64,000 bases of DNA from an uncultured Flavobacteriaceae bacterium (GCA_963762065.1 CAVXJE010000001.1:92191-156190); one strand, 5' to 3'; numbered from the stretch's first letter, positions 20,521 to 31,634 are shown. The notes: generated from the letters alone by a model not told the origin. Numbers and translations: made by a program.

Positions 20521-21228
20521 ATGATCCAAGCCACCAATATCCAAAAATTTTACGGGGAATTACAAGTTTTAAAAGGGGTTGACCTTCATATTAAAAAGGG
20601 CGAAATAGTCTCTATTGTTGGTCCATCCGGCGCTGGCAAAACCACCTTATTACAAATCCTAGGCACATTGGACGTACAGAGTAATAAGGTTGATAGTAGG
20701 CTTTTGATCAATAATGTTGAAGTAACGGATTTATCCGACACTGAATTAGCGAAATTCAGGAATGAACATATTGGTTTCATCTTCCAGTTTCATCAATTAC
20801 TGCCTGAATTTACGGCACTTGAGAATGTATGCATTCCTGGATATATTAAAAAAACACCAAGCGTGGATGTCGAGCAAAGGGCGAAGGAAATATTGGATTT
20901 CTTAGGACTTTCACATCGAATTAACCATAAACCAAATGAGCTTTCCGGCGGCGAACAGCAGCGAGTTGCCGTTGCACGGGCCTTGATAAATAATCCATCA
21001 ATCATTTTTGCTGATGAACCCAGTGGAAATCTTGATTCTGAAAGTGCGGACAATTTACATAAACTGTTTTTTGAATTGCGTGATAAATTTGGCCAAACCT
21101 TTGTAATAGTTACACATAACAGGGAGTTGGCAGATTTGGCAGACCGCAAACTAACCATGGTTGATGGACTTATTACAAACACTATAGATGCAGAATGGAC
21201 AGATTGGTCCAAACGCCCGCTACTATGA
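20521..21228 (+). CDS. lolD: ABC transporter ATP-binding protein, LolD-like
   Basis: GPSGAGKTT Walker [37 protein letters not shown]. Confidence 0.85.
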   Translation: MIQATNIQKFYGELQVLKGVDLHIKKGEIVSIVGPSGAGKTTLLQILGTLDVQSNKVDSRLLINNVEVTDLSDTELAKFRNEHIGFIFQFHQLLPEFTALENVCIPGYIKKTPSVDVEQRAKEILDFLGLSHRINHKPNELSGGEQQRVAVARALINNPSIIFADEPSGNLDSESADNLHKLFFELRDKFGQTFVIVTHNRELADLADRKLTMVDGLITNTIDAEWTDWSKRPLL

Positions 21229-21989
21229 CCAAAACCGAACTCAAAGAGTTTTTGGATGCCAAAGTAGCCCAATACAATCTACCACAGTTTCTGGAAAGTG
21301 ATCCCATTCAAATTCCACATAAATTCAATAAAAAAGAGGATATAGAAATTAGTGCTTTCCTAACGGCCACTATTTCTTGGGGCAATCGTAAAAGCATCAT
21401 CAATAACGCTGAAAAAATGATGCAGTTCCTTGATCAGGCACCCCATGATTTTATTTTGAACCATACTGAAAAGGATTTAGAAAAATTACTAGGTTTTGTA
21501 CACCGTACGTTCAATGGGACAGACTTTTCTTTTTTTATACAAAGCCTAAAGAATATTTATATTAACCATAATGGTTTGGAGTACGTTTTCAAGCAAAATG
21601 CAGAAATCAACTCCTTACAAACTTCTATTTCCGAGTTCAAAAACACCTTTTTTGAAATAGCCCACCCAAAGCGAACAACAAAACATATTTCTGACCCACT
21701 AAAAGGTTCGGCCGCCAAACGAATTAATATGTTCTTACGATGGATGGTAAGGGATGCCAAAAGCGGTGTTGATTTTGGTTTGTGGAAAACTATCTCCCCT
21801 TCACAATTGTCATGTCCTTTGGATGTTCATTCAGGGAACGTTGCCCGAAAACTAAAACTGCTCAAACGTAAACAGAACGATGCCAAGGCACTCTTGGAAC
21901 TCGACTCTTCACTGAGAAAACTGGACCCATTGGATCCGGTTAAATATGATTTTGCACTTTTTGGTCTTGGGGTTTTTGAGAAGTTCTAA
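21225..21989 (+). CDS. TIGR02757 family protein (HhH-GPD-like)
   Basis: [41 protein letters not shown]; ATGA overlap with the lolD stop. Confidence 0.88.
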   Translation: MTKTELKEFLDAKVAQYNLPQFLESDPIQIPHKFNKKEDIEISAFLTATISWGNRKSIINNAEKMMQFLDQAPHDFILNHTEKDLEKLLGFVHRTFNGTDFSFFIQSLKNIYINHNGLEYVFKQNAEINSLQTSISEFKNTFFEIAHPKRTTKHISDPLKGSAAKRINMFLRWMVRDAKSGVDFGLWKTISPSQLSCPLDVHSGNVARKLKLLKRKQNDAKALLELDSSLRKLDPLDPVKYDFALFGLGVFEKF

Positions 21990-22060
21990 TTAAATAAACG
22001 GCTTAAATAAAAAGTGATAAAATATTACCCTACAATCCAATAAGGTCCAACTAGTAGTTT

Positions 22061-23197
22061 TTATTTTGCAACAATCCCCATATTCCCCAAATCCAACGGA
22101 ATTCGCTTGCCGCCTTCTACTATCGATTTATAAATGGCCTCAACTATGATCATATCACGTTTGCCCATTTCCCCTGGCGCCACATTAACAGTATCCATCA
22201 ATATATGTTTTGCAAAATCATCCATTTGTAATTTTTGCTGGCTTTCATGCGGAAACTGTATTTCTTCCCCTAAAGAAGTTATGCCATGAATAGGGCCATA
22301 ACTATGGGCTGGTTGCAGCTCAAACCAACCTTTATCACAAGAAGCGCGTAAACGATTTCCACTTGCATTATGGGAAGTGAACATATGCCCCACAGCACCT
22401 GTGGGAAACTCAAACTGAGCCGTGATTGTCTCATCGGTATCCTTAAAATATTCTGGCCGTGTACTAAACTCTTGGGCCGAAACCGAAACGGGATTGCTCC
22501 CAGTCCCATATATACTGGATTGAATGGAATAAACGCCCATATTCATTAAAGCGCCCCCACCAGAAAGTGCACGATTTAGTCGCCATTGGTTAGGATTACC
22601 CCCAGAAATATAGCCAGCATCAGAAGAAATAAAGCGCACATTGCCGAAAGTCTTTTCTCGTACAAATTTCTTTACTTGATTGGTATAGGGTTCAGATTGC
22701 ATACGGTAACCAACACTTAGCTTTACGCCTGCATCTTTACAGGCTTTAATTATGGCATCACACTCGGCGACACTTACGGCCATGGGCTTTTCGCAAATAA
22801 CATGCTTACCTGCCCTAGCCGAACGTATGCAGAAATCGGCATGCATACTATTTGGCAGAACAACATAAACAATATCAATATCCTTATTACTTGCAATGGA
22901 GTCGAAATTTTCATAGTTGTAGACATTTGTCTTGGGTATGCTGTATTTGTCCATCCAAATCTGCTCTTTTTCAGGAGTTCCGGTGACGACGCCAGCCAAA
23001 TGACAATATTTGGTATCCTGTAAGGCCGGTGCCAATTGGCGGGTACTATAGCTCCCGAGACCAACAAGGGCTATGCCCAGTTTTTTCTTTTCTTGACCGC
23101 TCCCCATGGCACAAGCCAATGGCATTCCACCTAACAATGCTATTCCAGCAATTCCTTGGGTAATTTTTGTATTGAAATCCCTTCGATTTATTTTCAT
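22061..23197 (-). CDS. Tat-exported Gfo/Idh/MocA oxidoreductase (glucose-fructose oxidoreductase-like)
   Basis: NRRDF twin-Arg signal; ALVGLG; CEKPMA; GGGALMNMGVY. Confidence 0.9.
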   Translation of the reverse strand: MKINRRDFNTKITQGIAGIALLGGMPLACAMGSGQEKKKLGIALVGLGSYSTRQLAPALQDTKYCHLAGVVTGTPEKEQIWMDKYSIPKTNVYNYENFDSIASNKDIDIVYVVLPNSMHADFCIRSARAGKHVICEKPMAVSVAECDAIIKACKDAGVKLSVGYRMQSEPYTNQVKKFVREKTFGNVRFISSDAGYISGGNPNQWRLNRALSGGGALMNMGVYSIQSSIYGTGSNPVSVSAQEFSTRPEYFKDTDETITAQFEFPTGAVGHMFTSHNASGNRLRASCDKGWFELQPAHSYGPIHGITSLGEEIQFPHESQQKLQMDDFAKHILMDTVNVAPGEMGKRDMIIVEAIYKSIVEGGKRIPLDLGNMGIVAK

Positions 23198-23658
23198 GAT
23201 ATTATCTTAATTTCTTTAATACTTGCTTGCATTCCTTTTAAAATTACAAATTTATCATTTATGAATCTAAGCGTTTGAAAGCATAGTTAACGTAATACCA
23301 CCAAAATCTTTATCTGCCTATTGGTTTATCTTAAAATATTGGTGAAGAGTCAACCTTTTTTTGGTTATTCCCATTAGTTAGGAACATTGATATTGGAATT
23401 TATTGAATTAAGGATAAACGAAGGTTCTACGATAAAAATATCCGTACAATTTGTCCAAGATTTCGAATTACAAGAAAAATACATATATAGCGCGGGGCTT
23501 GAATTTTCGAAGAATGGAAGGGTTTTAGGACAACCCATAAGGATATTTAAAAAGAATTAATTACATTTTATTTAAATTTAATTCTATCCTAAAAATTTAA
23601 ACTTAGAACTTATTCCTCCTTAGATTTACGTATTTTTAAAGCTATCTAAATATCCCTC

Positions 23659-24954
23659 ATGAAGAACTATTCGAAATTGATTTTCAGCCTACTATTATTA
23701 TTTTTATTTTCAAATGGCAATTTTGCCCAACAAAATGAATTTCTATACGGTGATGCGCTCCCTGATGCTCCTGAACTAGCTACCCGAGGAGATTATAAAG
23801 TTGGGGTTCGCACCTTAAATTTGGTAAACAAAAACCAGGTGGACATTCTCAACTCCAAAGATGGAGTAGATCCCTTGTATGATCGCCCATTGACGTTAGA
23901 AGTTTGGTACCCTGCATTTGTTGCCAACGAAATTGAACAAATCGTAACTTATGATGAAGTTATGGGAACTGCCAATGATTCCCTTCGACCTTTAGTGCCA
24001 TTTACATTTAACGGAAGGGCTATACGTGATGAGGCTCCTCTGACTTCAGACGGTGCGTTTCCATTGGTTATCGTTTCCCATGGCTACGTTGGATCGCGTT
24101 ATCTAATGACCTATTTAACTGAAAATTTGGCTTCTAAAGGCTATATAGTTGTTGCTATTGAACATACCGATTCTACCTTTAAAGATGCGGCGCCATTTCA
24201 AAGTACTTTGCTAAACAGGACGAAGGATATTCGATTTGTACTTGATCAAATAGCGGAGTTGGGCAAAAAAGGCAAAAACTTTTTATCAGGTATTGTCGAT
24301 GCGGACAATACCGCAATTATAGGATATTCTATGGGAGGATACGGTGTTTTGAATGTAGCCGGTGCAGGATATAGTGACCCAATGATAGCATTTTTTACGG
24401 GAATGACAGGGGGTAGTGTGTCTATTGCAGTACATGCGGCAAGTAATTCGGAATACCAAAATCTAGTGGATTCAAGAATACAAGCTGTAGTGGCTTTTGC
24501 CCCTTGGGGTATGGCACGCGGTGTATGGGATGGCGAAGGATTAAAAGGCTTAAAAATCCCAATTTTTTTTGTGGCCGGAAGCCAAGATGATATTTCTGGC
24601 TATGAGAACGGAATTAAGGCAATTTATACTAATACAGTGAATGCCGATAGGTATTTGCTTACCTATAAAAATGCTCGCCACAATGTAGCGCCAAACCCCC
24701 CACCCAATGAAGCATTACAATTAGGTCTGCATATTGACGAATATTATAGATATGCGGATTCTACTTGGGATCAGCGAAAGATCAATAATATCAACCAACA
24801 TTTCGTCACTGTCTTTTTAGGTATCCATTTAAAGCAAAAAGAATATTCAAAGTATCTGGAAGTGCAAGAGGATTCCAACGAAAAAGATTGGACGGGTTTT
24901 AAACCCAGATCCTCAACAGGTATGGAGCTATTACATTCCAAACCTTTGGAATAA
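23659..24954 (+). CDS. Secreted alpha/beta hydrolase (PAF-acetylhydrolase / dienelactone-hydrolase-like)
   Basis: Signal peptide; PLVIVSHGY; GYSMGG nucleophile elbow; QDD and ARHN candidate Asp/His. Confidence 0.85.
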   Translation: MKNYSKLIFSLLLLFLFSNGNFAQQNEFLYGDALPDAPELATRGDYKVGVRTLNLVNKNQVDILNSKDGVDPLYDRPLTLEVWYPAFVANEIEQIVTYDEVMGTANDSLRPLVPFTFNGRAIRDEAPLTSDGAFPLVIVSHGYVGSRYLMTYLTENLASKGYIVVAIEHTDSTFKDAAPFQSTLLNRTKDIRFVLDQIAELGKKGKNFLSGIVDADNTAIIGYSMGGYGVLNVAGAGYSDPMIAFFTGMTGGSVSIAVHAASNSEYQNLVDSRIQAVVAFAPWGMARGVWDGEGLKGLKIPIFFVAGSQDDISGYENGIKAIYTNTVNADRYLLTYKNARHNVAPNPPPNEALQLGLHIDEYYRYADSTWDQRKINNINQHFVTVFLGIHLKQKEYSKYLEVQEDSNEKDWTGFKPRSSTGMELLHSKPLE

Positions 24955-25346
24955 TTAATGAAAATAGTTATCGATTAGCACCAAACACTTGAATTTGTGC
25001 TGAATTTCTGTTGTCTGGATAAAATAGATAGAAAGTAGTCCTTTAGCATTGTAAGCTACTCCCTATGTCCAGTTTTTTTCGGCATAATGAAAACGTGCCA
25101 TTATTCAAATAAATAAGATTCAACTTGTTTTGTGGACTATCCTCACGCCTAAATGTTGTTGCCATTAAATGGTAATCCTCAAACACATCAAAAGGTAAAT
25201 AAAATAAAGGCCAAAAATAAAGTCTTTGAGTAAAAAAAATTAATTGTTCGGATTTTCCATAAAAAATACTTCCGCCCTACAATTAAGTACTGCTTTTTTC
25301 GTTTAAATAGCTGAATTCAATAAAATAAAAATAATCCCACATCATT

Positions 25347-26198
25347 ATGAAAAACAGTATTAAAATTTTGTATGCAATGCTTGCATTCGTTATGGTTTTT
25401 TCAGTTTCCTGTGAAAAATCAGATGACAATAAAATAGAAACAAATGCCTTACAATTACCTCCGTATGAGTCAATGGCAGTTGATTTCAGTGATTTTTTGG
25501 ATGATTCCAATTCTGGCAAAACAGCTTCAACCGCCAAAGTAGGTGGTAATTGGCTCTATCCTAGATTAGTGGTCGGTTTTTGGAATACTGCCCTTTTTAC
25601 AAATTTAGCAGTTCCTGTAGCTTCATTTAGAAGTGCCTTTGCCCATGAAGCAGAGTTTTTAGGTGAAAATACTTGGCAATGGTCATATACAGTCGACGGT
25701 TTTACCAGCGAATATACGGCAAGACTTACAGGGGAATTAACCAGTGATGGCGTTCTGTGGAAAATGTACGTGACCAAGGACGGTGTTGGTGCCTTTGATG
25801 AGTTCCTATGGTTTTCAGGAGTTTCCAATATTGATGGTAATAGCGGTGAATGGGTGCTTAATCAAAGTGCTGAGCGTCCTAACCGAATGATCCATATTGC
25901 TTGGGAACGTGAAAACGATGAAATAGGTAATATCAAATATACCTGGGTAAGGGAAATGAATGATGAGCAAAGCGATGATCTTTTCAAAGACAGTTATCTG
26001 GAATACGGATTGCAAGAAGGCGATTACAATGTTTACTACAATATTCATGTATATGACCTTCAATTGCAAAATTTTGTAGACGTTAATATTGAATGGAATA
26101 GAACCGCCTTTAATGGTCGTGTTATGGCTTCTTCGCATTTTGAGGATGATATGTGGCATTGCTGGGACAGTACAGGGGAAGATGTTGCCTGTGAGTAA
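25347..26198 (+). CDS. Hypothetical lipoprotein
   Basis: Lipobox FSVSC; Trp-rich beta-type body; no recognised family. Confidence 0.8.
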   Translation: MKNSIKILYAMLAFVMVFSVSCEKSDDNKIETNALQLPPYESMAVDFSDFLDDSNSGKTASTAKVGGNWLYPRLVVGFWNTALFTNLAVPVASFRSAFAHEAEFLGENTWQWSYTVDGFTSEYTARLTGELTSDGVLWKMYVTKDGVGAFDEFLWFSGVSNIDGNSGEWVLNQSAERPNRMIHIAWERENDEIGNIKYTWVREMNDEQSDDLFKDSYLEYGLQEGDYNVYYNIHVYDLQLQNFVDVNIEWNRTAFNGRVMASSHFEDDMWHCWDSTGEDVACE

Positions 26199-26232
26199 GT
26201 AATTCGATTATTTAAGGGAAAAAAACAATAAT

Positions 26233-26315
26233 ACCCTACACTTTCGATGTATGCTTTTAGTTTGTTTTTAAGTGGCAAACTATAGCGTAAAACCATCAAA
26301 AGTGTAGGGTTTTTT
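26233..26315. repeat. About 78-nt long imperfect inverted repeat followed by a T-tract
   Basis: ACCCTACACTTTCGATG (26233) pairs with CATCAAAAGTGTAGGGT (to 26310); inner arms TATGCTTTTAGTTTG / CAAACTATAGCGTA. Confidence 0.8.
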
Positions 26316-26471
26316 ATGGCCCTACTTCCCATTCCCCTTTCGCGTGGCTCTATTGAACACCTTTGTATTTTTATTATTAAGTTCGAGGCACTATAAATAA
26401 TGCAATGCAATGTTTCCTAATAATTGTTATATTTAAATCTTCATTCAGAATCAATAATCAGACAAGGCAAT

Positions 26472-27155
26472 ATGAGCACATATAAATCGATATTATTTCT
26501 GACTCTACTTTTCATAATGGGTACATCCAACGCCCAAGACTGGGCCAATTTGGAAGAGTTTAAGGCCGACAATGCCAAAATAGGCATACCTTCAGAAGGC
26601 GAAAATCGTGTAGTTTTTATGGGAAACTCCATCACCATTGGTTGGTTGCATACGGTTCCGGAATTCTTTGAAGGAAAACCTTATATAAATCGTGGCATTA
26701 GTGGTCAGACTACCCCGCAGATGCTATTGCGCTTTAGACAGGATGTGATTGCCCTTAAACCCAAAGTAGTGGTAATTTTAGCGGGTACCAATGATATTGC
26801 AGGAAATACGGGTCCGTCAACTTTAGAGATGATAGCAGACAATATAAAATCTATGGCAGAACTGGCAAAATCAAACGGAATCAAAGTAGTGCTCTCCTCT
26901 ACTCTTCCTGCCTATGATTATCCTTGGAAACCTGGTTTGGAACCAGCTGGCAAAATCGTTACATTGAATAAAATGATAAAAGAGTATGCCAAGGAAAATG
27001 GCCATATTTATCTAGACTACTTTTCCACAATGGCCGATGAGCGTAATGGCCTTCCAAAAGATTACGCCAATGATGAAGTGCACCCCACAAAAGCAGGATA
27101 CATGGTCATGGCACCAATGGCCGAAGCAGCTATTGCAAAAGCCTTAAAGCAATAA
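26472..27155 (+). CDS. SGNH/GDSL hydrolase family protein
   Basis: Blocks FMGNSIT, NRGISGQ, LAGTND, DEVHP; signal peptide from the Met at 26472. Confidence 0.92.
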   Translation: MSTYKSILFLTLLFIMGTSNAQDWANLEEFKADNAKIGIPSEGENRVVFMGNSITIGWLHTVPEFFEGKPYINRGISGQTTPQMLLRFRQDVIALKPKVVVILAGTNDIAGNTGPSTLEMIADNIKSMAELAKSNGIKVVLSSTLPAYDYPWKPGLEPAGKIVTLNKMIKEYAKENGHIYLDYFSTMADERNGLPKDYANDEVHPTKAGYMVMAPMAEAAIAKALKQ

Positions 27156-27191
27156 CCAATTGAATCGGTTTGAAAATAACTCCAAAATGGA

Positions 27192-28526
27192 TTAATAATA
27201 TCTGTTATCCCTGCCCCTAAGTGAATTAGCCTCTGCATCACCTTTAAATTGTTCTTTCTGTGGGTCCCATTCAAGGGTACGCCCCAATTGATAAGAAATA
27301 TTGGCGATATTGCAAATACTTGCCGATCTATGGCCCGTCTCTACATCGCAGATGGGTTGAGTCCTATTTTTAATGGAATCCAACCAATCTTGGTAGTGAT
27401 TGTCTTTTGAGTTGTACAAATGTATATCCGAGTCTTTCAACTCTGCGGATAAAATTGTTGCCGGGTTGGTCTCCAAGTAACTTCTACTAACATCCATGGT
27501 GCCTTCAGAACCAATAAAGCGCACACCCCAACCACGGCCAAAATCTTCGTGTACCATTTCAATACCGTTTTCATAGAACATGCGCAATCCTCTTACTGCT
27601 GAATTATCGGTAGGTGGAATATACCTAACAGGTCCTGTTTTGTCCATTCCCAATGCCCATTGGGCAATATCGAACATATGAGCTCCCCAATCGCACAAGA
27701 TTCCGCCACCTACTTCCCTGAACAGCCTAAAATCGGGCCAAAAATCAACATCATTTCGGGATGGGGCCAATCTGTGGTTATAAGCCAATAAAGGTGCTGG
27801 GCCACACCATTTATTCCAATCCAATTCTTTTGGAATTGCCTCTTCCTTAAGATTATATGGAATGGCAGGATCACCTACATTCACGAGTACTTTGGTAATT
27901 TCCCCTAGATAACCATTTCTAACCAACTCACAGGCTTTTCTAAAATTATCCCAAGAACGTTGCATGCTACCCGTTTGTAATATCTTTTCGGTTTCCCTCG
28001 TAGTTTCTACGAGCTTAACCCCTTCATTTATTCTATGCGTTAGAGGTTTCTCACAATAAACATCCTTTCCGGCATGCATTGCATCCATAGCCTGTATTGC
28101 ATGCCAGTGGTCTGGAGTGGCAATAACTACTGCATCTATATCTTTCCTCGCCAATAATTCCTTATACTCGTCATAACTATCAATTCCACTGAATTTTTCT
28201 TGATTCCTGTTTTTTGTATATTGTTCTTCCACATGTTTTTTGAACCAAGCGGTTTTGGTTGTCCAAACATCACAACCAGCAACAATTTGGGCATTGGTAT
28301 TGCTCACGAATTGTTGTGCAAGTCCATTTGTTTGCTTCCCTAGACCTATAAAACCAAGGTTTATTTTATCGCTAGGGGCCATAAATCCTTGACCCAGAAC
28401 ATGTCTTGGTACAATAGTAATCGCTCCGACGGTTAGCGCAGTTTGCGTAATAAATTTTCTTCTTGATTGTCCAGAAATTTGAGCTTTAGTTATTTTTTGA
28501 TTTGATTTTGGTTTAGATTTTTCCAT
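27192..28526 (-). CDS. Tat-exported Gfo/Idh/MocA oxidoreductase
   Basis: SRRKF twin-Arg; IGLGKQ; ATPDHWH; YCEKPL; DWGAHMFD. Confidence 0.9.
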   Translation of the reverse strand: MEKSKPKSNQKITKAQISGQSRRKFITQTALTVGAITIVPRHVLGQGFMAPSDKINLGFIGLGKQTNGLAQQFVSNTNAQIVAGCDVWTTKTAWFKKHVEEQYTKNRNQEKFSGIDSYDEYKELLARKDIDAVVIATPDHWHAIQAMDAMHAGKDVYCEKPLTHRINEGVKLVETTRETEKILQTGSMQRSWDNFRKACELVRNGYLGEITKVLVNVGDPAIPYNLKEEAIPKELDWNKWCGPAPLLAYNHRLAPSRNDVDFWPDFRLFREVGGGILCDWGAHMFDIAQWALGMDKTGPVRYIPPTDNSAVRGLRMFYENGIEMVHEDFGRGWGVRFIGSEGTMDVSRSYLETNPATILSAELKDSDIHLYNSKDNHYQDWLDSIKNRTQPICDVETGHRSASICNIANISYQLGRTLEWDPQKEQFKGDAEANSLRGRDNRYY

Positions 28527-28570
28527 GTTTTAATGTTCTAGTCAATATTCAGTATTTATTATAAATTGTT

Positions 28571-29401
28571 TCATCCAACAAAATTCGTGAGAGTTCCAAT
28601 CCCATCAATGGTTATCCTGATTTCATCTTTTAACATTAGGGTAAAATCATCTGGTGGGATAATTCCGGTACCTGTCATCAAAAAACAACCATTCGTAAAA
28701 TTGCATTCCCTAAATAAGTATTCTACCAACTCGGTATGCTTCCGCTTCATATTACCAATTGGAATTTCACCTGAAAATACACCCATCCCTTCCCGTTCAA
28801 TTTCCATACGTATCATGGTTGTGGGCGCCATCGGTTCCTTGGGTACATAAATACATGGTCCTAATGCCGCACAACCTTCATAGGTCTTTGCTTGAGGAAG
28901 GTATAGAGGATTTTTCCCCTCGATACTTCTTGAACTCATATCATTACCAATCGTATAACCTTCAATGGTCGCTTCGGAACTAATAAGTAAAGTGAGTTCC
29001 GGCTCTGGCACATTCCAGCTAGAATCCCTTCTGATTCGAACGGTTCCCATATTCCCAACTGTTCGGCTGGGGGTGGCTTTAAAAAAAAGTTCTGGGCGAT
29101 CAGCATCGTAAACACGGTCATAAAAAGTATCCCCACCCGCTTTTTTGGACTCTTCTATCCGGGCCTCCTTGCTACGCATATAGGTAACACCGGAAGCCCA
29201 AATTTCTTGACTACCCATTGGTGGCAAAAAAACATCACCAAGTATTTTACTATCGGAAGGATGTAATATTTCAATATCTTTTTTTAGTGCATTGAATAAT
29301 CCTTTTCTGTTAAGAAAATTATCCCAATCGGATACCTTCTTTGTATAAAAATGGATTCCTTTTTGTATTATGGCTCCGTCTTTGGTCCTAAAAATCCTCA
29401 T
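28571..29401 (-). CDS. Fumarylacetoacetate-hydrolase family protein (2-keto-3-deoxy-sugar-acid dehydratase-like)
   Basis: RPELFFK, VPEPEL, GNDMSSRSIEG.NPLYLPQAK, LMTGTG. Confidence 0.85.
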   Translation of the reverse strand: MRIFRTKDGAIIQKGIHFYTKKVSDWDNFLNRKGLFNALKKDIEILHPSDSKILGDVFLPPMGSQEIWASGVTYMRSKEARIEESKKAGGDTFYDRVYDADRPELFFKATPSRTVGNMGTVRIRRDSSWNVPEPELTLLISSEATIEGYTIGNDMSSRSIEGKNPLYLPQAKTYEGCAALGPCIYVPKEPMAPTTMIRMEIEREGMGVFSGEIPIGNMKRKHTELVEYLFRECNFTNGCFLMTGTGIIPPDDFTLMLKDEIRITIDGIGTLTNFVG

Positions 29402-29553
29402 ATATAAGATTGATTTCCAATGTATTTAAATGAAATTTTATTGATTCTTATAAAAGTACCGATTTTACCTATTAAATGTTGACCAATTCACCACAAAAGT
29501 TCTAGTTTATTTAAAAATTATTGTTATATATTTCACATCTAAAGTTTTCAACG

Positions 29554-30369
29554 ATGTATGATATTTTTGATATTAAAGGCAAGGTTGCAGTTATAACAGG
29601 TGCAGGTGGTACCTTGGCTGGCAGTATTGCTAAAAGTTTAGGGGAACGAGGTGTTAAGTTGGCACTTTTAACACGTAATATTGGTACCTCCAAAGAACTT
29701 GTGGAAACTATAGTATCAAAAGGTGGGGAAGCTAAAGCTTTTAAGGCTGATATATTATCGGAAAAATCACTTGAGGAAACAAAGAAAGCTATCCTAAAAG
29801 AATTTGGAAGAATTGACATTCTCTTGAATATAGCGGGTGGTAATTTACCTGGAGCCACCATAGGTGAGAACCAGACCATTTTCGACCTGTCTATCGAAGA
29901 TTTTAAGAAAGTCACAGATCTAAACCTAAATGGCACAGTTATCCCTTCACTTGTTTTTGGAAAAGTGATGTCTGAACAAAAGGAAGGGGTGATTATTAAT
30001 TACTCCTCAATGGCCGTTGATAGAGCCATTACAAGGGTCGCAGGGTATTCCGCCTCAAAAGCGGCCATGGAGAATTTTACTCGATGGATGGCCGTTGAGA
30101 TGGCTAAAAAATTTGGCGATGGTATTCGAGTCAATGCAATTGCACCTGGTTTCTTTATCGGTAGGCAAAATAAAGCATTGCTCACAAATAAAGATGGCTC
30201 TTTTACACAAAGGGGGGAAACCATAATAAAAAATACTCCTATGGGTAGATTTGGGAAATCCGAGGAATTGAATGGCGCTATCCATTTTTTGTGTAGTGAT
30301 GCCGCCTCATTCATTACAGGGGTTGTCTTGCCGATTGATGGAGGGTTTAGTGCCTTTAGTGGGGTTTAA
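29554..30369 (+). CDS. uxuB: SDR oxidoreductase, probable D-mannonate oxidoreductase
   Basis: [33 protein letters not shown]; immediately upstream of uxuA. Confidence 0.82.
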   Translation: MYDIFDIKGKVAVITGAGGTLAGSIAKSLGERGVKLALLTRNIGTSKELVETIVSKGGEAKAFKADILSEKSLEETKKAILKEFGRIDILLNIAGGNLPGATIGENQTIFDLSIEDFKKVTDLNLNGTVIPSLVFGKVMSEQKEGVIINYSSMAVDRAITRVAGYSASKAAMENFTRWMAVEMAKKFGDGIRVNAIAPGFFIGRQNKALLTNKDGSFTQRGETIIKNTPMGRFGKSEELNGAIHFLCSDAASFITGVVLPIDGGFSAFSGV

Positions 30370-30403
30370 TGCCTTTAGTGGGGTTTAATGCCTTTAGTGG
30401 GGT
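30343..30403 (+). repeat. 19-bp tandem repeat TGCCTTTAGTGGGGTTTAA (2 full copies + 15-bp partial + 8-bp degenerate lead-in)
   Basis: Units at 30351-30369, 30370-30388 and 30389-30403; the first unit contains the uxuB stop codon. Confidence 0.95.
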
Positions 30404-30422
30404 ATTATCAAATTATATTCAA

Positions 30423-31634
30423 ATGAAAATGCTTCAAACTTGGAGATGGTACGGTCCTACAGACCCAGTCTCACTTAGTAATATTAAACAAGCAGGCGCA
30501 AAAGGAATAGTTACTGCGTTGCACCACATTCCCAATGGTGAGGTTTGGCCTGTTTCTGAAATCAATAAAAGAAAAGAAGTGATTGAGAAAAACGGACTTT
30601 TTTGGTCTGTGGTTGAATCGTTACCCATTCACGAGAACATTAAGACCCGATCAGGGGATTATCTTCTACATATTAAAAACTATAAACAGAGCCTTATTAA
30701 TTTAAGTGAATGTGGTATTCATGTGGTCTGTTATAATTTTATGCCTGTTTTGGATTGGACACGTACCAGTCTCGATTTTACCGTTGCGGACGGTTCAAAA
30801 GCTTTGGCATTTGATTTTAAAGCCTTGTTGGCATTTGATTTATTTATATTAAAACGCCCCAACGCAAGGTCAAGTTATTCCGAATCACAGATAAAGGAAG
30901 CTGCTGGGTATTACCGGCAAATGTCAGAAAACAGTATTTGGAATTTGGTAAAAACCATAATCGCTGGTTTACCTGGTTCTTCGGAAGGTTACCCAGTTCC
31001 GGAAAAGGGATTTGACTTGGGCAAGTTCCAAAAAATATTGGACACTTACAATAACATTGGGGAAACTGAAATGCGGGACAATCTTGTTTATTTTTTGGAA
31101 CGGATTATCCCAACTGCTGAGGCCCACGGGATGTTAATGTGTATACATCCTGATGATCCACCGTTCACTATTTTAGGGTTACCGCGAATAATGGGTACAG
31201 AAGCGGATTATGCTTATATTTTTGATAAAGTGAAGTCCATTCACAACGGAGTTACATTTTGTACTGGTTCTTTAGGGGTAAGGGCTGATAACGACCTGAT
31301 CCAAATGTTCAACCGATTTGCAGATAGAGTACATTTTCTGCATTTACGCAGCACAAAACGTGATGGTAAAGGCAATTTCTATGAGGCTGATCATTTAGAT
31401 GGTGATGTAGACATGTACGAAATTGTCAAACAAGTACTTATCGAACAACAAAGAAGACATAAGAAAGGAAGAAAAGACTTTTCAATACCTATGCGACCAG
31501 ATCATGGACACCAAATGTTGGATGATCTTGGTAAGAGAACTAATCCTGGGTATTCCGCAATAGGGAGACTACGTGGTCTTGCCGAATTAAGGGGATTGGA
31601 AATGGGAATTCAAAAATCTTTATTCAGTGACTGA
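30423..31634 (+). CDS. uxuA: Mannonate dehydratase
   Basis: [41 protein letters not shown]. The upstream extension from 30369 arises from the tandem repeat. Confidence 0.96.
   Translation: MKMLQTWRWYGPTDPVSLSNIKQAGAKGIVTALHHIPNGEVWPVSEINKRKEVIEKNGLFWSVVESLPIHENIKTRSGDYLLHIKNYKQSLINLSECGIHVVCYNFMPVLDWTRTSLDFTVADGSKALAFDFKALLAFDLFILKRPNARSSYSESQIKEAAGYYRQMSENSIWNLVKTIIAGLPGSSEGYPVPEKGFDLGKFQKILDTYNNIGETEMRDNLVYFLERIIPTAEAHGMLMCIHPDDPPFTILGLPRIMGTEADYAYIFDKVKSIHNGVTFCTGSLGVRADNDLIQMFNRFADRVHFLHLRSTKRDGKGNFYEADHLDGDVDMYEIVKQVLIEQQRRHKKGRKDFSIPMRPDHGHQMLDDLGKRTNPGYSAIGRLRGLAELRGLEMGIQKSLFSD

Noticed and set aside
30343-30403. CRISPR array or att-site interpretation of the 19-bp repeats
   Set aside because: The units abut directly with no spacers, and there are no cas or integrase genes nearby.
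31624-31634. 11-nt tail-to-tail overlap of uxuA and uxaC without a terminator
   Set aside because: Short convergent overlaps are common in compact genomes; there is no evidence for antisense regulation.
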